In this document: in pieces, positions 11,064-20,732 of the stretch
Numbering within the stretch: the first letter of the stretch is position 1
Layout: each line of letters opens with the position of its first letter
Origin: an uncultured Bacilli bacterium
GTDB lineage: Bacteria > Bacillota_I > Bacilli_A > RF39 > UBA660
DNA length: 64,000 nt
NCBI GenBank assembly: GCA_934119965.1
Contig: CAKOTA010000003.1
Coordinates: 24,488-88,487, forward strand
Direction: 5' to 3'
The notes under the pieces: model-generated
The model's input: only the letters and a program-made list of their open reading frames with translations
Database searches by the model: none
What the model was told of the DNA's origin: nothing
Made by a program: the position numbers and the translations under genes

Positions 11064-11092
11064 ATTTTATCATATCGAACATTTGTTTACAA
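11064..11092 (-). promoter_or_regulatory. dinB promoter (TTGTAA-17-TAAAAT) overlapped by a LexA/Cheo-type box
   Basis: The + strand reads CGAACATTTGTTTA at 11076-11089, against the Bacillus LexA consensus CGAAC-N4-GTTCG. The -10 and -35 hexamers were read on the minus strand with 17-nt spacing. Confidence 0.55.
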
Positions 11093-11155
11093 GAAAAAAA
11101 GAAAACTATTTTAAGTCTTCTTTATTAATCATATATTTCTAAATAAGTAACAATT

Positions 11156-13519
11156 TTATTTATTTCTTAATTTAGCGCCTGTTTTTTCAACTTCTTCAAT
11201 TATTTTATTAAATGAGTTCATAACTTCTTCTTCGGATAAAGTGTGTGTAGGATCACTAAATACTAATTTGAATGCTAAAGATTTTGTATTTGAATCAATA
11301 TTTTCTCCAATATATAAGTCAAACAATTCACAGCTTTTTAATATTTTTCCTCCAGCTTTTTTAATGATTTTTTCTAATTCTTCACAAGTAACATCCTTAT
11401 CAACTATAAATGCTAAATCTTTAGTAGATGCTGGGAATTTACTTATTTCTTTATAAGTCATTCTACTGCTTCTATTAGCTAAAACTTTATCTAAATCTAA
11501 TTCTAAAGCATAGACATCGCCTTTAACTACATTTGGATGTAATTTACCAATAACACCTACTACTTTTCCTTGAAGTTCAATAATTGCACTTTGTCCTGGA
11601 TGAAATTCTTTTGGTAAATTAGAAACAACTAAACGATATCTATTATTATATCCAAGATAATCCATTAACTCTTCTAGTACACCTTTAATTACATAAAAAT
11701 CTACTTTTGTATTTTTTATGTCTAAATAATAATCTCCTGTCATAAGAATAGCTAATTTATTATTTTCTTTGTAGATTCCATCTTCTTCATAGAAACCTTT
11801 TCCCATTTCAAATATACTAATATTTTCTAAATTACGATCTTTATTATATTTATAAATTTCTTTTAATGAATAAAGTAAACTATATCTTAATGTGCTTCTA
11901 TCTTCACTCATTGGATCAGCTAAAGTAATTGGTTCAAAATCTTCAGTAGCAAATTCAAAAACATTATTAGATGGAATTAAAGAGTAACTTAAAGTTTCAT
12001 TTAACCCTAAATCAACTAATTTATTTTTAATTTTTCTTCTTGTTTTATTATAAGTTCCAGTAATAACATTTAAAACTGGTAATTTTCCTTTAATATTGTC
12101 CATTCCATAAATTCTTCCGGCTTCTTCAATTAGATCTTCTTTAATATTAATATCTAATCTTCTAGATGGAACTGTTACTGTTAAAATATCATTTCCTTCT
12201 ACTTTAAATCCTAAAGATTCATATATATCCTTTACAGTATTAGAATCAAGTTCAATTCCTAATACTTTATTAATTTTATCAATACTAATTTCTATTATTT
12301 TATCACTAGCATCAGTTTCGTCATATTTAACCATACCGCCTACTATAGTAGCATCAGCATATTTTTCTAATAAGTGGCAACTTCTTTCGATAGCCATATA
12401 TGTTCTTTTAGGATCTAAACCTTTTTCAAATCTATTTGAAGCTTCACTTCTTAATATTTTTTTAGATGTTTTTCTTACCTTTATACTATCAAAAATAGCT
12501 GATTCTATAATAATATTTTTTGTATCTTCTTCTACTTCGGTAGATAACCCACCCATTACACCAGCAAGGCCTACTGCACCACTATTATTAGCAATTACAA
12601 TATCATCATTTGATAAAGTTCTTTTAATATTATCTAGAGTAGTTAATTCTTCATTATCATTAGCGTCTCTAACTATTAATGTATCGCCTAATCTATCAGC
12701 ATCATAGTAATGTAATGGTTGACCAGTTTCAAGCATTACATAGTTTGAAATATCAACAACATTATTTATTGGTCTAATTCCAGAAGCAATAAGTCTATTT
12801 TTAATGAATTCTGGACTTTCTTTTATTGTAACATTAACAGCTTTTTTTGCTAAAAACAAAGGACAAGATTTAGTTTCTACTTTAACTTTAAATTCATTAT
12901 TAATATCACTATCGTTACTACTATAATCTAATTCAATATCTTTAACTTTCTTTTTATAAATTGCTCCTAGTTCATAGGCCATACCAATTACACTTAATAA
13001 ATCTCCTCTATTAGATGTTAATTCAAAATCAATTACTTCATCATCTAAGCCTAATGATTTAATTGGATCACTACCTACAATACTATCAAGTGGTAATTCA
13101 CAAATACCATTTACATCTTTTTCAGATAAAAATTTATGTTCTAAACCTAATTCTGCTACTGAACATAACATACCATTTGATACTTGTCCGCGAATCATTC
13201 CTTTTTTAATTTCACCGCCTGGTAATTTAGCGCCAGCCAAGGCAACAATTACTTTTATTCCTTTACGGCAGTTTGGAGCTCCACAAACAATATCCAATAT
13301 TTCTTTACCAATATCAACTTTACAAATGTGTAGATGATCACTATCAGGGTGATCAGCACATTCTATTACCTCACCAACTACTAAATTAGTACAATTAATT
13401 AATGGACAAGCTGTATCATATTCATTTCCTACATTTGTCATAGCTTCTGCTATATCTTTTATAGATAAAGATTCGTCTAAATCAATATAATCACTTACAA
13501 ATTTTCTACTTAATTTCAT
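11156..13519 (-). CDS. pheT: Phenylalanine--tRNA ligase beta subunit
   Basis: 787 aa with tRNA-binding, B3/4, B5 and FDX-ACB-like regions. Its start overlaps the pheS stop. Confidence 0.95.
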   Translation of the reverse strand: MKLSRKFVSDYIDLDESLSIKDIAEAMTNVGNEYDTACPLINCTNLVVGEVIECADHPDSDHLHICKVDIGKEILDIVCGAPNCRKGIKVIVALAGAKLPGGEIKKGMIRGQVSNGMLCSVAELGLEHKFLSEKDVNGICELPLDSIVGSDPIKSLGLDDEVIDFELTSNRGDLLSVIGMAYELGAIYKKKVKDIELDYSSNDSDINNEFKVKVETKSCPLFLAKKAVNVTIKESPEFIKNRLIASGIRPINNVVDISNYVMLETGQPLHYYDADRLGDTLIVRDANDNEELTTLDNIKRTLSNDDIVIANNSGAVGLAGVMGGLSTEVEEDTKNIIIESAIFDSIKVRKTSKKILRSEASNRFEKGLDPKRTYMAIERSCHLLEKYADATIVGGMVKYDETDASDKIIEISIDKINKVLGIELDSNTVKDIYESLGFKVEGNDILTVTVPSRRLDINIKEDLIEEAGRIYGMDNIKGKLPVLNVITGTYNKTRRKIKNKLVDLGLNETLSYSLIPSNNVFEFATEDFEPITLADPMSEDRSTLRYSLLYSLKEIYKYNKDRNLENISIFEMGKGFYEEDGIYKENNKLAILMTGDYYLDIKNTKVDFYVIKGVLEELMDYLGYNNRYRLVVSNLPKEFHPGQSAIIELQGKVVGVIGKLHPNVVKGDVYALELDLDKVLANRSSRMTYKEISKFPASTKDLAFIVDKDVTCEELEKIIKKAGGKILKSCELFDLYIGENIDSNTKSLAFKLVFSDPTHTLSEEEVMNSFNKIIEEVEKTGAKLRNK

Positions 13520-14562
13520 TAGTCTTCATCCTTTCTATTAAATTCTTCTAAAAATCTTAAATCATTTCCGTAGATTGTTCTAATATCTGGAATACCATAT
13601 TTAAACATAGCAAATCTATCTATTCCAGTACCAAACGCAAATCCTTGATATTTTTTAGAATCATAGCCACTCATTTCTAAAACATTTGGGTGTACCATTC
13701 CCGCCCCTAATACTTCAATCCAACCTGTTCCTTTACATAAGTTACATCCTTTACCACCACATTTAAAGCAAGTAACATCTACTTCAACTGATGGTTCTGT
13801 AAATGGAAAGTAACTTGGTCTAAATCTAACACTAGTTTTTTCGCCTAATATTTTTTTACAAAATAATTCTAATGTTCCTTTTAAGTCAGCCATTGAAATA
13901 TTTTCATCAATTACTAATCCTTCTATTTGCATAAATTGATGAGAGTGAGTAGCATCTTCATCCCTTCTATATACTTTTCCTGGGCATACTATTCTAATTG
14001 GGCCTTTTTCTTTATTTTCTTCCATAGCTCTTACTTGAGCGGTTGAGGTTTGACTTCTAAGTAACCAAGCATCATATTCATCTTTTAGATAGAATGTATC
14101 TTGAGCATCTCTAGCTGGATGTCCTATTGGTAAGTTTAATTTTTGGAAACAATTTTCATCACTTTCTATTTCTGGACCTTCATATACGGTATATCCCATT
14201 GAAACAAACAAGTCTTCAAAATCTTCTGTTACCCTAGTCATTGGATGTTTACTACCTTTTTTTACTTTTTTACTTGGCAAAGTTATATCTATTTTTTCAC
14301 TTTCTAGTTTTTTATTTAATTCTATATTATGAAATTCTTGTTTTTTTAAAGATAATATATTGTTTATTTCTTCTTTAAATTTATTAACTTTCATTCCATA
14401 TTCTTTTTTTTCTTCAGGATTTAATGTTCCCATAATACTCATTAATTCTGTAACTGGTCCTTTTTTACTAAAATATTTGGTTTCAATTTCACTTAATTCT
14501 TTAGTATTTTTTACATTTTCCAAACAATCTAATATTTCTTTTCTTAATTCTTCAATATTCAT
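13519..14562 (-). CDS. pheS: Phenylalanine--tRNA ligase alpha subunit
   Basis: 347 aa with class II aaRS motifs (FRPSYFPFTEPS, GAGMVHPNVL). Confidence 0.95.
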   Translation of the reverse strand: MNIEELRKEILDCLENVKNTKELSEIETKYFSKKGPVTELMSIMGTLNPEEKKEYGMKVNKFKEEINNILSLKKQEFHNIELNKKLESEKIDITLPSKKVKKGSKHPMTRVTEDFEDLFVSMGYTVYEGPEIESDENCFQKLNLPIGHPARDAQDTFYLKDEYDAWLLRSQTSTAQVRAMEENKEKGPIRIVCPGKVYRRDEDATHSHQFMQIEGLVIDENISMADLKGTLELFCKKILGEKTSVRFRPSYFPFTEPSVEVDVTCFKCGGKGCNLCKGTGWIEVLGAGMVHPNVLEMSGYDSKKYQGFAFGTGIDRFAMFKYGIPDIRTIYGNDLRFLEEFNRKDED

Positions 14563-14571
14563 AATTTCCTC

Positions 14572-15285
14572 CTATATTTTTTTCTTTCTACTTAATTTAT
14601 ATAACATATTAAATGTTATGAAATTATATATATATTTTGTTATTATCTCTTTTTTATTACTTTTAAATACTTGATGTCTAACGTTTTCTAGTATTATTAG
14701 TTCTTTTTTACAATTTAAGTTATCATAAACAAATTTGCTTGAATCTACTGATATTACATTATCAATGCTGCCATGTAATAGTAGTGTTGGGCAAGTTACT
14801 TTTTTGATATTTTTTTTGTTATTATCTGCCAATTTTTTATACTCAATCATTACTGATTTAGGAATTGTAAAAAATTTTTTTATTGCTCCTTCAAATCCTG
14901 TTCCAACCTCTTTATCAACTTTATTAGTTAAAATGTTTTTTAAGTCTTCTTTATTTTGTTTAAAACTTCCAAACTTAAAAGCACTAGATATAAGAACTAA
15001 TTTATCTACCTCTTTATATCTAGAGGCTAAATTAACAGCTAATATAGTTCCCATACTATGAGCTACTATCGTTACTTTTTTATATTTTTTTAGTATTTTT
15101 TTTAATTCTTCTTCTGATTTATCTAACCATTCTTTACCTGTTGACTTTGTTGTTGTATCGTTTTCGTGTCCTGGTAAGGTAAAGGTAAATAATTCTATGT
15201 TAGAATATTTTTTCATTTCGTTTATAAAATACTCATTGTCTTCTTTTTTTGCTGATAAACCATGAATAAACATTACTGCTTTCAA
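14572..15285 (-). CDS. Alpha/beta-hydrolase, carboxylesterase-like
   Basis: 237 aa with FIHGLSA and a nucleophile elbow (AHSMG). The likely TTG start at 15285 is preceded by GGAGA. Confidence 0.6.
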   Translation of the reverse strand: MKAVMFIHGLSAKKEDNEYFINEMKKYSNIELFTFTLPGHENDTTTKSTGKEWLDKSEEELKKILKKYKKVTIVAHSMGTILAVNLASRYKEVDKLVLISSAFKFGSFKQNKEDLKNILTNKVDKEVGTGFEGAIKKFFTIPKSVMIEYKKLADNNKKNIKKVTCPTLLLHGSIDNVISVDSSKFVYDNLNCKKELIILENVRHQVFKSNKKEIITKYIYNFITFNMLYKLSRKKKI

Positions 15286-15300
15286 AAAATCATCTCCAAT

Positions 15301-15495
15301 AAAAAAATCACATCCTATAAGGACGTGATTTACGTGGTACCACCTTAATTTATACTCAAAACTATAACGCGTTACCGTAAATAAGGCTAGAAGGTGAATT
15401 CATAAAATCAAGATTATGTTTACTTTCACCTTTATGTAAACTCTCTAAATAATCTAACATTTACTACTACTTCTTCATCACAGCTTTTAAACATA
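15301..15495 (-). promoter_or_regulatory. T-box leader, Phe specifier (UUC), with terminator
   Basis: On the minus strand I read AGAGAG, GGTGAAAG, GAA-TTC-A (the codon at 15396-15398), the T-box sequence AATTAAGGTGGTACCACG, and a terminator hairpin followed by a T-run (15301-15331). A TTGAAT-17-TATACT promoter lies at 15501-15529. Confidence 0.85.
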
Positions 15496-15521
15496 CAAAT
15501 AGTATATCACATTTTTAATTA

Positions 15522-15818
15522 TTATTCAATTTCATTTGCAATATCATCAAATGTTTTTTCAGTTTTATTAAATTCTATTGGCTCTTCTTTTGACACTTCA
15601 ATTATTTTAGGTATAAAAAGTATTGTATATGTTGTAGCTACCACTAAAAGTAAAAATAATTCACCAAAAATAATTATATTATTTTTCTTTTTTTTATTGG
15701 TAATTTCATTGCTTTTTATTTCAAAATTAATTGATGAAATATCTAAGCCACAATTCATACACATTGTATCATCATTTGATAAAGTATTATTACATTTTGG
15801 ACACACTATTTTTTTCAT
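15522..15818 (-). CDS. Zinc-ribbon membrane protein
   Basis: It has CPKCNN...CMNCG followed by one TM segment. The start was set at ATG 15818 after AGAGGTG. Confidence 0.5.
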   Translation of the reverse strand: MKKIVCPKCNNTLSNDDTMCMNCGLDISSINFEIKSNEITNKKKKNNIIIFGELFLLLVVATTYTILFIPKIIEVSKEEPIEFNKTEKTFDDIANEIE

Positions 15819-15854
15819 AAAGACACCTCTATTATTATTATATAACAAAGGTCT

Positions 15855-16289
15855 TTATTTTTTCAATTGTTTTTGATTATTTTCTGTTTCTTTATTTAAT
15901 TCAAAATTCATATAATTGTATATTTTAATTAATGTCCACTTATCAATCACACCATTTTCTATCAATTCTTTGGAATTTGAATCTATATCTATTTTATTAA
16001 GTACTTCTTCTGTCAAAATATTTTTTAATTTTTCTGTTTCGACTACATATTTTTTATTGAATACATGATTATATGTATTTTTTTCCATATCTGATATTTG
16101 ATATCTATTTTTTTTACATGATTTAAAAGAATCACCTGTTATTACTTCTTCCACGATATCATCATTTTTTAATTCAAATACAAAGTATTGATTAGATATT
16201 GTTTGAATTGGCCCCATACTTCTTCCTAAGTTTTCACATGCGTAAATTTTTCCAATTAATAAATTATTTATTAAATATGTTTCTTTCAT
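15855..16289 (-). CDS. Hypothetical protein
   Basis: The ORF track starts at a TTG at 16370. ATG 16289 has GGGGA upstream, and the region upstream of it carries the tRNA terminator. Confidence 0.45.
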   Translation of the reverse strand: MKETYLINNLLIGKIYACENLGRSMGPIQTISNQYFVFELKNDDIVEEVITGDSFKSCKKNRYQISDMEKNTYNHVFNKKYVVETEKLKNILTEEVLNKIDIDSNSKELIENGVIDKWTLIKIYNYMNFELNKETENNQKQLKK

Positions 16290-16365
16290 TATTATCATCC
16301 CCTTGTGGCTGTATATTATAGCACGTATTTTTTTTATGTCAAATAATGGGAAATATGACTTACTT

Positions 16366-16398
16366 CCCAAAAAATAAAATCAACATTACTGTTGATTT
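16366..16398 (-). terminator. Rho-independent terminator after the tRNA pair
   Basis: On the minus strand there is a hairpin (AATCAAC/GTTGATT) followed by a T-run. Confidence 0.55.
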
Positions 16399-16409
16399 AC
16401 TGCTTTAAA

Positions 16410-16486
16410 TGGTGACCAGTACGAGATTCGAACTCGTGAATGCTGCCGTGAAAGGGCAGTGTGTTAAGCCGCTTCACCAACTGGCC
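16410..16486 (-). tRNA. tRNA-Glu (anticodon UUC), CCA encoded
   Basis: The reverse complement reads GGCCAGTTGGTGAAGCGG...CTGCC-CTTTCAC-GGCAG...GGTTCGAATC...GGTCACCA, which folds as a cloverleaf by eye. Confidence 0.9.
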
Positions 16487-16493
16487 AAAAAAA

Positions 16494-16569
16494 TGGCGCC
16501 TAATGTAGGACTCGAACCTACGACCTATCGGTTAACAGCCGAGTGCTCTACCAACTGAGCTAATTAGGC
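16494..16569 (-). tRNA. tRNA-Asn (anticodon GUU), CCA encoded
   Basis: The reverse complement reads GCCTAATTAGCTCAGTTGGTAGAGC...GGCTGTTAACCG...GGTTCGAGTCC...ATTAGGCGCCA. Confidence 0.9.
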
Positions 16570-16595
16570 ACATCTTAATTGCTTAAGACTTTTTA

Positions 16596-16624
16596 ATTAT
16601 ATAATATATTTTATTTTTATGCAA
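16596..16624 (-). promoter_or_regulatory. Sigma-A-type promoter for the tRNA-Asn/tRNA-Glu pair
   Basis: TTGCAT-17-TATAAT on the minus strand, about 27 nt upstream of tRNA-Asn. Confidence 0.6.
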
Positions 16625-16749
16625 TACCTTTTATGAAATTTTTTATTTTTTTAATAAAATAATATATACCTCATAGAAAAATGAGGCATATATTAATTCA
16701 TATTTATAAGTATGAAACTTTTTTTCAAAGTTCATAATTCTTGTTTTTT

Positions 16750-16781
16750 ATAAAAAAAATAGGTAAAAAATTATACCTATT
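16750..16781 (-). terminator. Rho-independent terminator after ORF 16830..17294
   Basis: A hairpin (AATAGGTA/TACCTATT) followed by a T-run on the minus strand. Confidence 0.6.
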
Positions 16782-16829
16782 CGTCAACAATATGACACAA
16801 TATTTAAAATATTGTATTTTCTAAGAATA

Positions 16830-17294
16830 TTATCTATTTCTAGACATAGTTGTATTAACTGCTAATGAATAAACTTTATCAGGCTTTTCTGTAAATTCAT
16901 CAATAGTTTCTTTTGATAATACAACAGGATAGTCTTCACCTTCAATAAACATTAAATATATTTTTTCTCCTTTTGTCATATTTTCATCATAATATGAAGA
17001 ATTTATTGAACAAATCTTACAATTATAAGCTTCTGATTTATACAATGCTAACAATTCTACATCATGCATTTCATTAACTTGGCAAGGTGAATCAAATACT
17101 ATATATTCAGCATTAACATAATCACTAGCATAACTTTCATACCCACAAACGTTACATTTATAATGATATCTTTCTTTATATGTAATTTTTTTTGCTGGAT
17201 CCATACCATAATATTTTATCTTTTCAAGTTTTTCATCATGTATTTGTTGTGAAACTTGAACATCAAATGACTTACAAATTGGACATTCTTCCAT
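16830..17294 (-). CDS. Hypothetical zinc-ribbon protein
   Basis: 154 aa with CPICK...CNVCG cysteine pairs. No family recognised. Confidence 0.45.
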   Translation of the reverse strand: MEECPICKSFDVQVSQQIHDEKLEKIKYYGMDPAKKITYKERYHYKCNVCGYESYASDYVNAEYIVFDSPCQVNEMHDVELLALYKSEAYNCKICSINSSYYDENMTKGEKIYLMFIEGEDYPVVLSKETIDEFTEKPDKVYSLAVNTTMSRNR

Positions 17295-17385
17295 AATTAA
17301 CCTCCTTATTGCCGCTTAGTGTATCACTAATCATATATTATGTCGAGCTTTTTATCAATATTATATAAAATTTAAGAAATAATTA

Positions 17386-20205
17386 TTATATTAATAATTC
17401 CATTTTATTTACTATTATTTGAATTTTACCTTTACGCATTTCAATTCTTCCCCTTACTTTAACAATATCATTTATCTTAAATTCGGATAATTCTTTGAAA
17501 GCATTATCAAATATTACTCCTTCAAGACTTGTGAAATCATCACATAGTTCTATAAAACACATTTTTTTATTGTCTTTTGTAACTATTTCTTTTTTATAAT
17601 TTATAAATGCTATTAAATCAATAAATCTATTTATATAATATGAAACATTACTTAAAGTAATTTTGATATTTTTTTCTTTTCTATATTCTGTAATTGGATT
17701 ATTATTTAAATAAAATCCTAAAATTTCATATTCTTTTATAGTTAGTTCTTTTTTGTTATATTCATTATATTGAACCAAATCAGGTTTCATAACTAAATCA
17801 CTTCCTAGTTCAATATAATTATATATTACATCTAAATTTTCTATTAGGGTTTTTCTATTATCAAAGCTATCAAAACAACCAACTAAAATCATTTTGCTTA
17901 TTAATTCTTTACTAAATATTTTTAAATCGACTCTTTTTAAAAAATCATATATATCTATAAATTTACCATTTTTTCTTTCTTCTATTATATTTTTGCAGGC
18001 ATTATAATTGATAGCTAAAGTAAGTGGTAAAAACATACCATCATTTATAACATACTTATATTCACTTACATTAATATCTGGATTATTAAATTTAATATCC
18101 AAATTTTTAGCTTCCTTTATATATTCATTTGTACTTGATATTGAACCAATACAATAATCAAGTAAATTTTTATAAAATATTTCTTTATAATGAGCTTTTA
18201 AATATGCCATTTGATATGATATTAAAGCATAAGCAACAGAATGTGATTTGTTAAATCCATATTCTGCAAATTTTAAAATCAGGTTATAAATTGTAGTACT
18301 AAATTCTTCACTATAACCATTATCAATACTTCTTTTAATAAATTTATCTTTTTCATTAATTAAAATATCTTCTTTTTTCTTACTCATTGCTCTTCTTAAA
18401 ATATCCGCTTCACCTAATGAATATGAAGCCATTATGTTAGCTATTAACATAATTTGCTCTTGATATACTATTATTCCATAAGTAGATTTTAGAACATTTT
18501 CTAATGATTTATCGTAATAATCGATACTTTCTCTACCAGTTTTTCTTTTAATGAATGTATCAATATTTTCTTTAGGACCTGGTCTAAATATAGCTGATAA
18601 ATTATATAAATCTTCAAATTTATTAATTTTATATTTTTTTAATACATTTCTCATTCCTTCAGTTTCAAATTGAAATATACCTAAAGTATTTGATTTATTA
18701 AATATTTCAAATGTTTCTTTATCATTTAATGGAATATCATTTAAATTAATATTAACTTCATTTAAAATTGAAGAAATAAGTGTTAAATTCTTTAGGGCTA
18801 AAAAATCCATTTTAAGCAATCCAATATCTTCTAAAAAATTCATCGTATAACCAGCTAAATATAGATCATTATGTTTAACAAGAGGAACAAAGTTATCTAG
18901 TTCTTTATTACAAATAATTATTCCAGAAGCATTAACTGAAGTAGTTTTCTTTAGTCCTTCTAATTTTAAAGCAACTTTATATAAATTGTCTAAATCATTG
19001 TTTTTAGATAAATGATTTCTTATTTTATCTAAATTTAAATTGTTTTTTAAATCTAAATCATTATCCAGTAATTTAGTTAAATAATCCACTTCATCAGAAT
19101 TTATATCCATTACTTTTCCTAAATCTTTTAGAACTGCCTTAGTTCCTAATGTTGAAAATGTAATAATACCTGATACATTTTTTTCACCATATTTTTCTTT
19201 ACAATAATTTATTACTTCTTCTCTTCTATTTCCATCAAAGTCAATATCAATATCAGGCATAGTAATTCTATTTTTGTTTAAAAATCTTTCAAATAATAAT
19301 CCATATTTTAAAGGGTCTATCTCTGTTATTTCTAAGGTATAAGCAACTAATGAACCAACTGCACTACCACGGCCTGGTCCTACTAATATACCATTTTCTT
19401 TAGCAAATCTGACATAATCACTTACGATTAAAAAATAATCATTAAATCCCATTTCGTTTATTGTTTCTAATTCATATTTTAGTCTTTCTAAATATTTACT
19501 TCCAACTGTAGATCCAAATCTATTTTTTAGTCCTTCTTTACATTTTTCTTTTAACAATTTAAAACTATTATCAAAATGCGGCAACAAATTGTTTTGTTTC
19601 TCTATTTTTATATTTATCAAATCATACAAGAATGAATTGTCTTCAATATCTAGTTTCAAATAATTATCATATTCTTTAAAAGTTACAAGTTTACTTTCTT
19701 TGATTGCTTCTAAATAATTTAAATACTTTAAATCTTCTTTATTTAAAGTTCTTATTTCTTTCATATATATTTTATTATTTGTTTTAATTTTTTCTTTTTC
19801 TTCTTCATTTTCATATGAAATAAACAATTTATTATATATTTCTTTTATTTCATTGTATATTTTTCTACTAGTACAAGGTAATATACATAATATATTATTA
19901 CTATATTTTTTTAAATTTTCTAATGTTATTTCATTTGATGATAATTTTAATAGATTTACATATCCGTCATAGTTTGTAGCATATAATACAACTATTTCAT
20001 CATTATATTTTATATTTAGTCCTATTATAGGTTTAATATTGTTTTTAGTACATTCTAAATAGAATTCCATTGCTCCAAACATATTATCATCAGTAATAGT
20101 AAGTGCTTTTAAATTATTTTCTTTAGCAAATTTAACTAATTTTTTTATTTTTATCATACTATGTAATAATGAATAGTCAGTTCTAATATTAAGTGGTATA
20201 TACAT
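17386..20205 (-). CDS. dnaE: DNA polymerase III alpha subunit, DnaE type
   Basis: 939 aa with an N-terminal PHP domain (NIRTDYSLLHS), the polymerase core (PDIDIDF, GLLKMDFLALKNL) and a C-terminal OB fold. Confidence 0.9.
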   Translation of the reverse strand: MYIPLNIRTDYSLLHSMIKIKKLVKFAKENNLKALTITDDNMFGAMEFYLECTKNNIKPIIGLNIKYNDEIVVLYATNYDGYVNLLKLSSNEITLENLKKYSNNILCILPCTSRKIYNEIKEIYNKLFISYENEEEKEKIKTNNKIYMKEIRTLNKEDLKYLNYLEAIKESKLVTFKEYDNYLKLDIEDNSFLYDLINIKIEKQNNLLPHFDNSFKLLKEKCKEGLKNRFGSTVGSKYLERLKYELETINEMGFNDYFLIVSDYVRFAKENGILVGPGRGSAVGSLVAYTLEITEIDPLKYGLLFERFLNKNRITMPDIDIDFDGNRREEVINYCKEKYGEKNVSGIITFSTLGTKAVLKDLGKVMDINSDEVDYLTKLLDNDLDLKNNLNLDKIRNHLSKNNDLDNLYKVALKLEGLKKTTSVNASGIIICNKELDNFVPLVKHNDLYLAGYTMNFLEDIGLLKMDFLALKNLTLISSILNEVNINLNDIPLNDKETFEIFNKSNTLGIFQFETEGMRNVLKKYKINKFEDLYNLSAIFRPGPKENIDTFIKRKTGRESIDYYDKSLENVLKSTYGIIVYQEQIMLIANIMASYSLGEADILRRAMSKKKEDILINEKDKFIKRSIDNGYSEEFSTTIYNLILKFAEYGFNKSHSVAYALISYQMAYLKAHYKEIFYKNLLDYCIGSISSTNEYIKEAKNLDIKFNNPDINVSEYKYVINDGMFLPLTLAINYNACKNIIEERKNGKFIDIYDFLKRVDLKIFSKELISKMILVGCFDSFDNRKTLIENLDVIYNYIELGSDLVMKPDLVQYNEYNKKELTIKEYEILGFYLNNNPITEYRKEKNIKITLSNVSYYINRFIDLIAFINYKKEIVTKDNKKMCFIELCDDFTSLEGVIFDNAFKELSEFKINDIVKVRGRIEMRKGKIQIIVNKMELLI

Positions 20206-20436
20206 ATAAAAGCACCTCCATAAGATAATTTTACTATAATTTTAATCTTTTGTTAAGTTCTTTTTATTTACAACTTTTTATTATTTTATTGATAAATACA
20301 AATTTAAAACTTCATTAACTGAATAATAAAGTCTATATTCTATTCATTATAATTTTTCTGTTTTTCTTAGAATATTATATAGTAATTAATAATTTTAAAA
20401 AAAATCAGCTTTTATTCAGTTTTTTTTAAGTTTTAT

Positions 20437-20465
20437 TTGACTTATTCAGTACTTTGTAGTAAAAT
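20437..20465 (+). promoter_or_regulatory. rpmB promoter
   Basis: TTGACT-17-TAAAAT, about 40 nt upstream of the AAGGAGG RBS. Confidence 0.5.
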
Positions 20466-20507
20466 TAAATGGCATAGGAACAAAGATTATTTAAAGGAGG
20501 AAATGTT

Positions 20508-20702
20508 ATGGCTAATAAAGCAACTGCTAAAAAACCTTTATTTGGAAATAAAAGATCTCACTCATTAAGGGCTACAAAACACGCTCAAAAACCTAATTTA
20601 CAAAAAGTAACATTAGAAAACGGAAAAAAAGTAGTTATGAGTGCTAGAGAATTAAAAACACTAAGAAAAACTTCAAATAATGTTTCAGAAATAGAAGCAT
20701 AA
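20508..20702 (+). CDS. rpmB: 50S ribosomal protein L28
   Basis: 64 aa with ...[24 protein letters not shown], and a strong RBS. Confidence 0.9.
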   Translation: MANKATAKKPLFGNKRSHSLRATKHAQKPNLQKVTLENGKKVVMSARELKTLRKTSNNVSEIEA

Positions 20703-20704
20703 AT

Positions 20705-20732
20705 AAAAGAATGATTTAAATCATTCTTTTTT
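20705..20732. terminator. Bidirectional terminator between rpmB and the convergent DUF421 gene
   Basis: An inverted repeat (AAGAATGATT / AATCATTCTT) flanked by A- and T-runs. Confidence 0.6.

Noticed and set aside
16663-16693. An imperfect hairpin (TATATACCTCAT/ATGAGGCATATA) between ORF 16830..17294 and the tRNA promoter.
   Set aside because: It has one internal mismatch and no clear T-run on either strand. The nearby hairpin at 16750-16781 already accounts for termination.
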